A stretch of 63,937 bases of DNA, filler included, from Hausera hauseri (lineage: Eukaryota), in assembly GCA_046269625.1 (NCBI GenBank). It is 10 parts of 10 records of this genome, joined end to end, with 100 filler letters (N's around TTAATTAATTAA, not from the genome) between each part and the next. Parts side by side here need not be neighbours in the genome. Positions count along the whole stretch, not along the records: positions 1 to 7,240 come from JBJURY010028338.1; positions 7,341 to 16,109 come from JBJURY010537675.1; positions 16,210 to 20,458 come from JBJURY010676662.1; 7 more parts are not named here. One strand, written 5' to 3'. The position numbers were made by a program, and so were the translations under genes. Below are positions 1-16,547 of this stretch, one piece after another. Position 1 is the stretch's first letter. Each line of letters opens with the position of its first letter. The notes under the pieces are model-generated. The model saw only the letters and a program-made list of their open reading frames with translations, did no database searches and was not told the DNA's origin.

Positions 1-77
1 GAACGAACGAACGAACGAACGAACGAACGAACGAACGAACGAACGAACGAACGAACGAACGAACGAACGAACGAACG
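1..77. repeat. (GAAC)n microsatellite
   Basis: About 19 perfect GAAC units at the contig start. Confidence 0.97.
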
Positions 78-87
78 CATTTACAAC

Positions 88-1240
88 GATGATGATGATG
101 ATTTTGACTTATTAACAGTGCGTTTTTGTTGCATTTTTCACCGGGATCCATTGGTCTGATCGTGAGGCGGCTATAATAGGAAATGATCAATTACTGATGG
201 GCTACGTGCTCAACCCATTTCCACAACCAGCAGACTTGAAGAATGGGAAATTTTTAGAGTTTGAAATTTCCCCATCGATTATTTCCTATGTTCCCATGGT
301 CAGACAACGTTGAAATTGTGCGCATTGGATACCCCAGCATTGATTTCACATTTGCATCCAACATTGCGCAAATCGTAACTTGTGTCTCGTTTCTCATAAA
401 ACATTTTATCTTTTGCTTCTTTTGCTTCTAGAGCTGCCCAGTAATATTTTTGACTCTCGCCGTGCTAGAAAATTTTTCTCGCCTCATCCAGCTTTACCGA
501 TTTCCGCCGGTGACATGCGCGACATGTGACATGTGCTTCCGGCTGGGGGATCCCGACCACAAAACATGAAATGTTCAGAATTTCGATATAGGTTGGGAAA
601 ACTGGTTTCAAGCTCGATCTGAGCACCTTTGGGAAGTGATTAGGAAAGGACACTTCTATCTTCTATGATGATTTTGACTTTAACATTGCGCTTTTTTGGT
701 TTGTTCGTTCATTTAATTGTATTATTCACCCCGATCCATTAGTCTGATCGTGAGGCGACTATAAAATGAAATTTTGCCCAGCTGATTTGCAATGTTTTAG
801 ACTAATTTCTATCACCGGCAGACTTGAACATGGGGAAATTTTACCAGTTTGAAATTTTCCCATCGATTTTTCCCCATGTTTCCGTGGTCTGACAGACTTG
901 TAACAGTGTCCGTTACAATCGCCGGTATCAATTTACCCCGGGTACACATTTTATCAGTGCTAGCAACATGTTTCGCGTTACACGTGGAGCATTTCCTGTT
1001 TTTCTTCTTCCTCTTCTAGAGCCTCACCCTTACATTTCTGTAAGTCGCACCTCCGTTAACTTTTGCTCATCTCGTCACGCGCTATCAATATCACCTGATT
1101 CGAACCTCTTTTCTCGACTTCATTTTCTGGAGGGGTCGTGAAAAAAGTTTTGTGAAATGTTCAGAATAGCCAATCAGGTGGGGAAAACTGGTCGGCGAAC
1201 CAATCAGAGAAGTGCGGTGGAGAGCTCACTTCTACCTACT
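88..1240. repeat. Two diverged tandem copies of a ~575-bp unit (probably a non-autonomous TE or large satellite)
   Basis: Both units start ATGATGATTTTGACTT (~95 and ~665). They share gatccatt-gtctgatcgtgaggcg, gcagacttgaa, gaaatgttcagaat and gggaaaactgg, and end cacttcta. Confidence 0.7.
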
Positions 1241-1929
1241 TACAATTAACATAAATATAAAAATTTAAACATTAAATACTAATATGGAAAATTCATGTAG
1301 GACTAATAAGTTAATTTTTGATATTCACTTATTTAAAAAGCCTATGTTATTGGCTACTTTCATAGACTAGTTTTTCTACCCTAGTGGAACGAAATGAATC
1401 AATACTGTTAGAACTAATGGGTGATGTTTGAGTAATTATTACATAAACATACTATTTGAATGAATAATTGCATTGGCTTAAAGATATTTGTCTACAAAAT
1501 TTACTAGTAAAACTTCAGTTGAACTAACAAAGAAGCGCATTTTACTGTAAATATTGTATTTCTATAACAATGGTAATTCATAATGTTTAAAAAAGCTTTT
1601 GCCGAAAAACGAAAAATCACGCGTTTGGAGCTTTTTAATGAAGTAGCATCTTGCACTTGTTTAAATATCCCCTTACATTTAGAAAATTTTAACTCTTACT
1701 AAATTTTCATTATTTTTCTCAAGCTAATATTTTTTTATTATTCGACTTATAGAGTTTCATTTATGTTCTACCAAAATAAAAAATATCTAACGAATATAGT
1801 GTGTTCGTCAGTCATGTGTATTATGGTGTAATTAAAAACAGTTACAATTAACATAAATATAAAAATTAGACATAAAATATTAATATGGAGAATTCAAGTA
1901 CGACTAATAAATCAATTTTTAATATTCTT

Positions 1930-3483
1930 TGTGCATCGTGGACGACACTTGATATCGAGCTATGTCTGATGTCTGTTGTCACCCATCTTGCTTGTGACAG
2001 TGGTCCTGGCTTTTCACGTAGGCGACCATTATTGATGGTGCCATTCTGTACAGGTCGACCTAATAACATCTGATGTCATCGTAGTCGATGTCTGGAAGGG
2101 TAATATCGTCGATGTTGGCCTGAAATCCTGTCTTTGACACTGGCAAAAGCTCACACGAAGACAGTGACTTGCCGACGGAACCCTTCCACAGACTTGGGCT
2201 TTGAGATGGACCAATGAGATTCTGACACGTGTCGAAAAGGGAGCTCATTTAAATACAGACTGCAAACAAACCAGTGCAAATGACGTCAAAGTCGACATGC
2301 CACTAGACGAATGGCTCCTATCTTATGTTCCGTGTTAAATGCAGTGCTGTCAGCACCTAGTGCGACGACTTTACTGGTGATTTCCATTTCTTTAATGGCG
2401 TTGTAAAGTTCGTCTGAAATGGTAGCACCACTTCCTCGTTCTAGTTTCCAAAGGCTAAGATAGTAATCTCCAAGTTTTCCGACCAGAACGTATTGATCCT
2501 CGACTTTCTTTGTTCAATACTATTTGTCGTCAATTTTCTTCTTCACTAAGGTCTGGTCTTTTCGTCCATCAAAAAATACAGTACTAATGTCCTCATCTGC
2601 AAGCGACACTTCTTTCAGATCCTTTCGCCCCTTTCTGACGTGCCTTTCATACTTTATGATGATCAACGATGTTTGTTCCATCATCTGCGTGACGATTCTT
2701 AAATCTATCAGGGTAGCAATGCAGATGGCTGCATCAGCCCTGTTGGAAACTCCATAGCGATCGGCCTCTAGTGCGACTGTGGAATCTTTGTGAAGTCCTC
2801 TCGATAGTGTTATCTTCGTGATCACTGTCATCTTTCCAGTCATGAACTCGCTTGTCGCCAGACTCTGATTGCACTTCGCTTGATTTGACGTCATCAGTAG
2901 ATAAAACATCTTGGTCGGTTTCTAACTTTCTTCTTTTTTGCTCTCCCTCTCTTAACGACTCCGTCCTTTTCTGTCATGATCTTCGCCTTTCCATCAATGC
3001 AGTCACCTTTTTGTCCACTTCACCTATCTTCATCAAACGAGTCGATCTTTGATAAGTCAAAAAAGCACCTTCTCTCCGTGGAACTTTCATGTCTTTCTCA
3101 CACGAACATTCTAACAAGTCCTCACACTGACAGCCAGCAATATCGAACAGACTGTTAAGACTTTTTGTGAACTTCTTTGTATTTCCTGCCTCTTTGTCGT
3201 GTCTTAATGATGTTGACTCTTCTTCTATTAGTCGATGTAACTTCGTTTTCACGTTATTCAGCAATTGCGTTGGGATGCCTGATAGATTTCAAAGGTGAGT
3301 AATGACCTCGACTAACTGAGGAATAACTGCTTTGTTACTGGCGTACTTGTTTTCCTTTAAGAAAAGAAAATATTTCATAACTTCAGAGCGCCTCAGTAGT
3401 TCAGTAAGCGGAAGCTCAGGTAAAAGGCTTCCGTAGACACTATGACTGGCAGCCAGACGTGTCTTCGGTTTATTGTTACTCAT
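1930..3483 (-). pseudogene. Degenerate hAT-superfamily (hATm-like) transposase
   Basis: Frameshifted ORF pieces carry LFDIAGCQC..CSC..KVP..E..FL..QR, ALEADRYGVSNRA.AAI, FFDGRKDQT and PGPLSQARWVTT. The 3' end is truncated near 1930. Confidence 0.7.
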
Positions 3484-5899
3484 TCCTGAATCTGATCTTG
3501 AACGCTGGATTATATTATTACAGTCTATGAAATAATATAATAATAAGAATAATGAGGGAATCTGGGCAATATGGAAAATATTTAAAATCAATTTAAGTTA
3601 AAATAACTGGTGTTCCAATAATTGTTTACTTTGTACACTACGCAATTTCCATATTTGTGAAATAGGCGATTTTGAGGCACATCTTGGGATTTGTTAACTT
3701 AACCATGTTGATTTCACAAATAAACTTTATTTTTTGTCAAAACTAACGGAACAAACGGAAATTGTGTTTACTAAATTTTAACTAAGGCGCCACCTAGTGA
3801 GTATATAAAAAGCTATTCACATTTTTGTGATTTTCAAGTAAAAACGGAGGTGTTCCGTTTGTTATGGAATATTTTCGAATTCATTTTTAAAATCAGCGTG
3901 ATTCACTGTACAAAACCTCAAATGAGCCTCAAAATGGGCCAAAATGTAATATTGATCGAATATTAATCGAAAACAAACAGTCGTGATCTCAAAACAAACA
4001 GCTGAAATTGATTAAATTTGGTTCAGAATTGATCTAATGTGATTTTACTGAGTGAATGCGAGATTTTCCTGATTGATAAATAAACAGAAAGACAATTATC
4101 CCCGTTATACCTGCTTTTTTTGGTGTAATGTATATTATTTTATTTACCTACGTTAACACACAGTGAAAAATCAAGCATAAATGCTTGATTGGTTTTTCAT
4201 AAAATTCAGACATTATTTAACTTCTGATCTTTACACTTTGATCTTCTGTGAGTCTTATTTATTGTGTTGCGTACGACTGATAAATTACGTATTATCTTAT
4301 TTGATAGACATATACGATTGATTACGTAGTATCTTATTTGATAATCTTATCATATTTGCATTTTTCATTTCCTTAATTACACAGTGTTGATTTTGTATTC
4401 ATGAATCTATTTCTTTCTCAATATATCCACAAGTAATAATAATTATCAAATTAACCGTTGAAAATAAAGTTAATATTCAGTCGACCAGGTCAACTCCACC
4501 TGACGGCAGCCAGTCTAATTAAGTAATCCAGAGGCAACTAATATCGTAAGAACTAAAGTCAAAATCAGCCTCAACGGCCACTAACCCCTACACATCACTA
4601 TATAGGATAGAGTTAGATAAGATTCTTGTATTGTTTCACCCTCTTTGCACGCGATTAAAGTAAAAAGGGATAAACTTGTTCTCCTCATTATTTCTAATTT
4701 ACGTGATTAATAAAAGTATCTCCCAAGCGGAATTAGTGAGGACTGAACATATTGTCGTTACATAAAAATCAACTTGACTGAATTTGTCTTCAGTAAAATC
4801 ATAAATATAAAATTTTAACAACATTTAAAAAAATAAAACATTAAATGATCAAAGGATCATCAATACTTTTGGCAATAGGCGTATATAAATTTCAGGTATT
4901 TCAAAGAGAATGGCAAACTCGTATTTTACTTTCAAGTAACTTTTAAACATGGTGTATAATTCTGGAATGAAACATTAATTAGACAATGGTTTTATATATC
5001 ATACCGTATGGGTCCAAAAAGCACGGACTTTTTTGTTTTGACACGTAAACAAACGATAAGAATTGTCAAAACATTTTTATTATATCTATTTTTGTAGAGC
5101 TCTTTTCGCTGATCAGTTTGCTAAAAGAAATTTTTATTTTCCATGTGCTATGACAATGTCATAATCCAAAAACTAAACACTGTAGTAAAAAGTGGATAAA
5201 AAGTACAATACATAGGAACTTACGTACATGTTGCAAATGACGAGAAAGAGCACTTAATTACCTAAAACAGAGATTTAAATTGAGAACTTGAGGTACATTA
5301 GTAGGGAGAAAATGAGCATTCGCCCTCACCCCCTCACGGAAACTGCTAATGTGTGAATCAATTTTGCATATACGTCAATCGATAGTGTAACCGGAAAATG
5401 TGCATGACAACGGCGCCTTTCGAGTGCAATCCATTACAAATACGATACATTAAAAGACATTTCACGTTTGGTCGATAGTTCATGTAATTGATGTATTAAA
5501 ACAAATTGTTTTGCAATATTCGAAAATCGATAAAATTCAAATAAAACAAATCAATACAATTGAAATTCAAATAAAAATCAAGAAATTTGAAATTCAAATC
5601 AAGAAATTCAAAATTTTTAACTTAAAATCTATATACGAGGCAGTGTGCGTTGATATGGTTATATTTTTCATTACTTCAGAAATCGCTTTCAAGAATGGTG
5701 AGTTTTTCAATTGTGCTCCACAAATCATTGTGTTTCATTCTAGAATTACAAATCAATGATATTATGCGCTCCACAAAAATTTCAGAATAACGGTTCCTAT
5801 GCGAATTGCCCCACGCAGTGCACAATCCGTAAAACTATCATGATACAGTACAGTGCTACTATGGATACAAATTCCACAGGATCCTGAATTATATTTATC

Positions 5900-7240
5900 C
5901 AGAATGTGAGGCTGTATGTGATGCCGAATACATGCACTTTTATGAAGATCATATTGCCCATTTGACAGATTTCAAGCCAGAGTCAAAGAAGGCCATCTTT
6001 AATGAGCAACATAATTTTAATGAATCTGCTTCGCAGCATGATGCATCACAGAATGCTGCGGGGGCTGCTGCAGCAGCTGCAAAGCATATTAGAGAATTGA
6101 AACGCGCGGCAACATGCGCAGCAGCAACATGCAGCGCAGAGTCAGGTGCAGTCACATCAGGCGCAGCGGCTCCACCAAAGGTAACGAGTGAAGTGCAAAG
6201 TCCGCAGATATATCATATCTGCAACTGGTCAAACAACGCTCCATGCGTTTCTGGAATACACAAAGGACGAAACAGGGGAAATTCTCCAGTACAATACGGG
6301 TCAGCTCAAGCCCCTTAAAGTGAACGTGAAACTGGAGGCCACATACATCAATGTTGATGGTGAAGAATCAAATAGGACCCTCAAGACCCAAAATAGGCCC
6401 ATATTGGAAGCCACTAATATAGTAGAATGGCTGCATGAGGAACATGCGAAGCTAATCCATGAAGCTGAAGAGAGCCAAGAGAGGAAGTGTGGTTGGACCC
6501 TGGCAGCCAACAAGAGATTGCTTGTGCATGTTAAAAAGTACTCCCTCACGTGCGGCAGTTCCTATATTCAACTTCCTGAATGGATTCGGCAGATTCGGCA
6601 TCAATATCTACAACAGCGAAAACAAGTGCTTTATGTGTGCCATTCGGTGTAAAGTCCTACGGGATCAACATAATGCTTCACGAGTTTGGCTATATAAGAA
6701 TGTGCAGCACAACTATAACTTTCAACGTATCACATTCCCACCATCCATAAATGAAGTCAAAAAATTCGAGCGACTCAACAATATATCAACCAACATCTTT
6801 GGATTGGATGATGAAGAAAAATTCTACCCTCTACGAGTGTGTCATGCGGAACTGGAAGATCATAGGGATCTGCTACTACTAGATGTTGGAGAAAAGAAAC
6901 ATTACGCATGGATAAAACACCTCGAGCGTCTAGTCAGATCCCAAATTACGAAACATCACACACAAGTAGAAATACGCAAACGATGCTTGTTCCATTTCAG
7001 CGGTGATGTAGCATTGGATAAGCTTGGAAAGCATAAGATGTACTGCAAATCAATTATTGTATCAGGCCAGAATTTCCCAAAGAAGACTACATAGAATATA
7101 AGGTATTCGAGCAGAAGATCAAGGTTCCAGTAGTAATCTATTGCGACTTTGAGGCTATCCTGCGTCCAGTTCAGAGTTGCAGCCTTAATCCACAACATAT
7201 CAGCACAACAGCATACCAATATCCTGAACTCTCATCATAT
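5900..7240 (+). pseudogene. Polinton/Maverick (adintovirus-like) protein-primed DNA polymerase B, N-terminal to Exo I region, frameshifted
   Basis: Motifs (K)CGW, GSSYIQLPEWI, INIYNSENKCF, ITFPPSINEVKKFERLNNIS, HRDLLLL..HYAWIKHLERLV, KRCL..F..H..YC, and VPVVIYCDFEAIL (7125-7165, Exo I). Cut by the contig end. Confidence 0.75.
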
Positions 7241-7340
7241 NNNNNNNNNNNNNNNNNNNNNNNNNNNNNNNNNNNNNNNNNNNNTTAATTAATTAANNNN
7301 NNNNNNNNNNNNNNNNNNNNNNNNNNNNNNNNNNNNNNNN
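7241..7340. other. Artificial contig spacer (N + TTAATTAATTAA); others at 16110-16209, 20459-20558, 25241-25340, 30214-30313, 35277-35376, 40072-40171, 44998-45097, 55542-55641
   Basis: Identical 100-nt N blocks with a central six-frame stop linker. Confidence 0.99.
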
Positions 7341-7510
7341 GGGAAGAGGTCTGTACCCTTTCTGTGTGGAGTTTACAGGTTCTACTCATGTAAAATTTAT
7401 CACACAGTATTTAAGATCTATGTTTTTCCACTTATATAAATGGCTGTTAGTTTGTTTTACTGTTACATTGACTTTGTGTGTGCCTCATAAATGGTTCTTC
7501 ATCTCCACAG

Positions 7511-11205
<3,695 letters not shown>

Positions 11206-12574
11206 CTTCTAGACTTGCCTTATTAAGACCTTAGTCAACAACAGTATGGGTATGTTTATTTGTTCAGAAAATAATTTATGTAAACTAATAATATTCCTAT
11301 TAATGATTATTATTTAGTTGGTCTTATGTTCCAAATTTGTTTTAGTGTGATTTATAAAAGAAACAACAATCATATATTAATAAAATATTCTTTCTTACTT
11401 GCAGGCATCAAGAAGCAGGCATTTGCAAACAATCAGTTTATTGCCATTTTTACTCTCTATGGCTGGATGGATCCTACATCAAATAGTCCTTCGATGCTCC
11501 ATTGGATCAGACCAGAGAAGACAAAACTGGTTCACACTACACTTTTAACCAAAAATGCAGCCATTAACTATTTGCTGGGGGGACCAAATCTGGAATTCGG
11601 GAAAGGGGGTCATTTTAAAACAAACATACGTCACTTTAACAACTAATACAAACACTGACAGATTACATTAATCAAAGCACATGAGTGGACTATTTACTTA
11701 ATGAATTTACATTTAGTTAGTGTCATATAGTCATTTAAAGGATTGTTTTGAACACTTCTTCCCTATCTTCTCATTCAAATTGACCTTGATGATTTACAAT
11801 AATACCCTAATTTTGTTCTTACATCCTTTCCTATAGATAAGAGCTGAAAAGACGAGACAGGTCATGGACAACAAACAACTAAACTGTAACAAAGCAACTG
11901 AAAGACTGGAATGTATTATTGCTGTGGTACTATTAAGTCCAGTACAACCATCAGTAAAGAAGAGGAACCACAGAAAAACACTAGACAATTGAAACTGGAA
12001 ATAGATCATCACAAACAAGAGATAATCAACAAACATTTTTAGTTGTAATGAACAATTAACTGTCAAAAGTAGAGTTTTTGTTTGTTTGTGTTTTTTGTAC
12101 CTGGCATTAAAGATTCAGAAAACAAGTTTAAGCTGGGTAAATGTTATTGTGCTATATTTGGCATTTAACATTAATGTGATTCAGAAAGTTCAGGATGGTT
12201 TGTGGAATATTATGTTCCAATAGGTCTTTCATATTATCATATTTTTATATTATAGTCTCTGTAGACATTTTATTGTCAAAATTAAGCCAGTTTTGGCGGG
12301 ATAGTGCATCTCCCCCCAGGAGCACATGTCTATGCCTCATAGCTGAATGTCCAATACGGGATCTAATTATTTATAAAGGATTCTGTGTACTGTCATCAAG
12401 AGTAAATGGTACACTATAAAATGGGACCATGTTAAAATCATCAAGATTTATAATTTATTTTTCTCTTCCGCTGTATAATAAATGTCAAAAAATAATAAAA
12501 ACTTTTTGTATGAAATTTATTGAAGTGAGAATTGTCTTTTTTGGGAAACATTATTTAACTCATTGCATTACACA

Positions 12575-13930
12575 GCATTTAGCAGACGCTTTTATACAAA
12601 GCGAATTTAATACATAAACAGATACTGAGATAAGTCAAAGAAATAAAATAAATAAATGCAAGAAATAATTTAGCTTGATTCAGAAGGAGGCCAAACAGTA
12701 GCATTGGCAAGGAGGAAGGAGGAGGAGCAGTAAAAGAGGTTAGGTTAGTTAGTCTGTTAGAGGTGTTAGCAAAGTAAGTGCTCTTTGAAGAGCTCGGTCT
12801 TCAGGAGTTTCCTGAAACCTGCGAGGGACGCCCCTGTTCTGGTAGTGGTTTGCAGCTTATTCCACCATCGGGGAACAAGGAAGGAGAACATCCTTGATTG
12901 CTTTGTGTGTATGATTGGCAAAGCCGGAGAGTAACGTCAGCCTTCAGGAGTAAGTGCAAGTAGGATGGAGCCAGGCTCGAAATCAGCTTATAGGCAATTG
13001 TAAAAGATAATCAGGCCCAGAAAAGTAGTTTTGATGGAAAAGAGAAGAGGTCCCAATACCGAGCCCTGAGGGACCCCAGTGGAAAGGGATTGGGATGAAG
13101 TCAATTGTCCTAGCCATGACACTTTGAATGAGCATCCAGTGAGGTACAATTTTAACCAAGATTATAGATAGGAGGAGGTCATGATTGACTGTATCAAAGG
13201 CAGCTGATAGGTCCAGCAGGATGAGTACTGAGGGCTGGCCTGTGGCATTGGCCGTTTTTAATTCTTCAGTCACAGATAACAGAGCATGGGTGGCATGGTG
13301 GCTTAGTGGGTAGCACTGTTGCCTCACAGCGAGAAGGTCCTGGGCGATCTGGGTCCTTTCTGTGTGGAGTTTGCATGTTCTCCCTGTGTCCGCGTGGGTT
13401 TCCTCCGGGTACCCTGGTTTCCTCCCACAGTCCAAAGACATGCTACCAAGTTAATTGGCGATACTGAATTGCCCTGTAGGTACTCTGCCATTGCCGGTCC
13501 CAAGCCCGGATGAGAAAGGAGGATGGTGGGCATCAAGCCCTGCAACAGGCTGGCCGACATCACCGTCGCATCAACAACCAAGCAGACCCTGCACACGCGG
13601 GTATAAACGCTAAGAAAAAAAAGAAGAAGAAGTCACAGATAACAGAACCATCTCGGTGGAGTGCCCTTTTGTGAACTCGGATTGGTTCTGATCCAGGAGG
13701 TCATTCTGGGAGAGAAAACCAGAGACTGTTTGTAGACAGTTCTTTCGATTGCTTTAGAAAGAAAAGGTAGTTGCGATACTACCTATAGTTCTCCACCTGG
13801 GCAGGTGAAGAGAAAGCTTTTTGAGTAGTGGTGTTACATGAGCCAGTTTGGAGGAAGTTGGGAATTCACCAGTAAATAAGGAGACATTGATCATATGTGT
13901 GATAGCTGGAGTGATTGCAGGAGCAATGAT
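12575..13930 (-). mobile_element. Degenerate L2-clade LINE (RT fragment and 3' tail)
   Basis: ALLSVTEELK..SVLILLDLSAAFDTVNH; GVPQGS-like codons near 13070; tail TATAAAAGCGTCTGCTAAATG on the minus strand near 12580-12600. Confidence 0.8.
13284..13630 (+). mobile_element. tRNA-derived V-domain SINE inserted in the L2, with a 16-bp TSD
   Basis: tRNA-like head GGTGGCTTAGTGGGTAGCAC; V core TTTCTGTGTGGAGTTTGCATGTTCTCC..CCCACAGTCCAAAGACATGC; (AAG)n tail. TSD AGTCACAGATAACAGA at 13268-13283 and 13631-13646. Confidence 0.9.
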
Positions 13931-14681
13931 TTATAGTAGGTCCTTGGGAACTCATTCATTACACTGAATTGTTTACCACCCTCCATCAATGGCATAATCT
14001 CAAAAAGCCCTCTGCTGGTAATGTGTCTCTCATGATTGCTGTTCTAGAATGGAGGCTTGTAAAATAATGAATGATACTACACATCTACTCAACAATGCTT
14101 ACTGGCGTTTCATGCTGACAACATATTGGTGTCTTGTATGCAGCTGCCAATTGCACTGCTTGCCACTAATTTATTTCCTTAATGAGTGAATGTGTGTTAC
14201 TGAGATGGTATGTGTTTGTGTCTAAATGGTAGATAGCATGGGAGGGCATTTAAAGTAATTGTTAGTCCTGTAGGACTCTAAGATTTGGTAATATTTTGGA
14301 GAGAGAGAACATTATATAAGTTGGCTCTAAAAATGGTGTGGTGCTTCGACTGTTGACAGGGGACCCTCACATTTCACACTGTGTACACCAATAATTTCAT
14401 ATTAAAAAACATGGACTACAAAGTAATTAAATGATACTTAGAACAACCTAACAACAGTCTGCCAGAAGCTAATAAGACCAAGATCAAAAAGTCTTCCTGT
14501 CTTTTTGACATCCAGTCATTCATACTATTTAGGAAATTGAATATGATTAAAAGTGGGTCAAATTGTTATGTGGGAAGATTGGGGACACAAAGATGCAATT
14601 AAGATTTTTAAATGATAATAATTTATTAAATAAAACCAAGACACAAACAGAACTCAAAATGAATTAAAATAATAAATGTTA

Positions 14682-14773
14682 ATAATAATAATAATAATAA
14701 AAGGGTATGCCGGGATCGAACCGGCGAAGTCCGGTGTGTCGGGCGAGTGCGCCATGCACTGCGCCACCCGCAG
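14682..14773 (-). mobile_element. tRNA-like Pol III unit (SINE head or tRNA pseudogene) followed by (TTA)n
   Basis: Minus strand GGTGGCGCAGTGCATGG (A box) .. GCCGGTTCGATCCCGGC (B box / T arm). The acceptor and anticodon stems do not pair well. Confidence 0.5.
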
Positions 14774-16209
14774 CTTGCCGTTCGATCCACGGCCAACGAA
14801 AGATCTGCAGAAAAAGAAATAACACAAATTAAAACAAAAAGATTCCCACTCAAGCCAGGGCGCGTGTCTCACTCCGTTTGCTGCTTAGCGTTTGGCAGCG
14901 ACGCAAAGGCATCCCGGTGGGCTTCATTGCCACTAGGGACTGTTGGAAATGGTGATTTTATGTTTGATTTATATATAATATAAGCAAATGAATATACAGT
15001 GGGGCGTAATTCAATCAAATATGGTTTTACTTATCAAAATTGAAGACCCACGAGAGTGTTGCCGAGCAGTTTGATAAACTCTGTTGAAGGTCAGTGCTCC
15101 GTAACGTAGTACCAGGACTCCAGCTGAGATCCATGAAAAAAATCACTAAGCAGTCCACGCGATCAGTCTGGATTGTCTTACCGTCCCAGCCAAATTCCAT
15201 ATCGCAAATGTTAATATTAAGAAGAAGGTTTTATTGTGGCACAATTGTTGGAAACTGAAACAAAGAGATAAAAACGACCACAGTTTCAGTCAGTTTGATT
15301 ATTTGTGTTTTGAAGTATATTTGAAAAGCGGCAAGGTTTTCTATCAGCAACCGACAGGGGTGTACGGGGGGCGTCACAGCTGGTTACCATTGGCTTCATG
15401 GGATTGCCGACTTGATAAATACAAGACTAATTAAGGTAAACTTGATAACAGTCAAATTTGGAAACACCACATCAAGACTGTAAATTTGATAGAATGTAAA
15501 GTTAGAAAGCACCCCAAATAAGTGATTGTCAACTGGATAGGCAGACAATTTGTAACCATTACAGTTGAAGATGTCATTTGAGCAAACAGACGAATGAGAA
15601 ACACAACGCTAATGTAAGCATACTAGAGATACATACATTTCTGAAAAGCCGCAGTCGATGCAGATGTAAGTTGGAAACTTAGGACATAATATTCTAGCGG
15701 CTTTAAACTGGAAAGCCAGAAAGATGAATACGCGCATACACAAAATAATGTGTTTTTTTCTCTCTGTAAATCCTTTGTTATCTGGCGAAAATGTTAAATT
15801 TGGGAGCCAGAATTCCAGGTGAAAGATGTCAGAACAAACAAAATTGAGAAACCTACCTTGGAAACGTTAACGAGGAGAAAGTGTTTTATCCTCCTCATCA
15901 TCGGGCCGTGTGAGGTGAGGCAGACATCCGAGATGGCGGTAGTGGTTGGGGGCTATAGGTATCAATGTTGATGTAGGTAATAGCAGATGGAGTAGAGATT
16001 GTATAGTGTTTGGGAACTGACGACCAGAAACAAGGAAGTTGTTTGATGCCTGGAAGTTTAAAAGCGAGGCGAAGGTGACTGTGTGATGTCTAAGTGTTAG
16101 AGATTTGGGNNNNNNNNNNNNNNNNNNNNNNNNNNNNNNNNNNNNNNNNNNNNTTAATTAATTAANNNNNNNNNNNNNNNNNNNNNNNNNNNNNNNNNNN
16201 NNNNNNNNN

Positions 16210-16418
16210 GGAATCCTGGAGCACAATTACCCAGCTCTGGTGCTCCCCTCCTGGGTACAGCTTCGCCCAGGGCCCCCGGGAATCCTGGAGCAGCCTTACC
16301 CAGCTCTGGTGCCCCCCTCCTGGGTACAGCTTCGCCCAGGGCCCCCGGGAATCCTGGAGCACAATTACCCAGCTCTGGTGCTCCCCTCCTGGGTACAGCT
16401 TCACCCAGGGCCCCCCGG
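16210..16418. repeat. 70-bp GC-rich minisatellite, 3 copies (cut by the contig start)
   Basis: Unit GGAATCCTGGAGCACAATTACCCAGCTCTGGTGCTCCCCTCCTGGGTACAGCTTCGCCCAGGGCCCCCG. Confidence 0.92.
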
Positions 16419-16547
16419 TGTGATGAGAGTTTGTTGTGTAACGGGAAAAAGGAGGCAGGATGTTACATATTCCAAGGTTAGAAGTATTTTATTTGAATCA
16501 GAACCAACAAAATGGTCCATGGGTTCGAGGTAGTGCGGCATCGGACC

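Noticed and set aside
4480-4761. Possible solo LTR (TATATA, AATAAA, ..GTTACA end)
   Set aside because: No clear TG start, inverted terminus or TSD could be identified.
7285-7296. Recurrent TTAATTAATTAA motif within N runs
   Set aside because: Artificial stop linker between contigs. Adjacency across these spacers has no biological meaning, and ORFs running into X are artefacts.
14703-14773. Functional tRNA gene
   Set aside because: A and B boxes are present, but the acceptor and anticodon stems do not pair.
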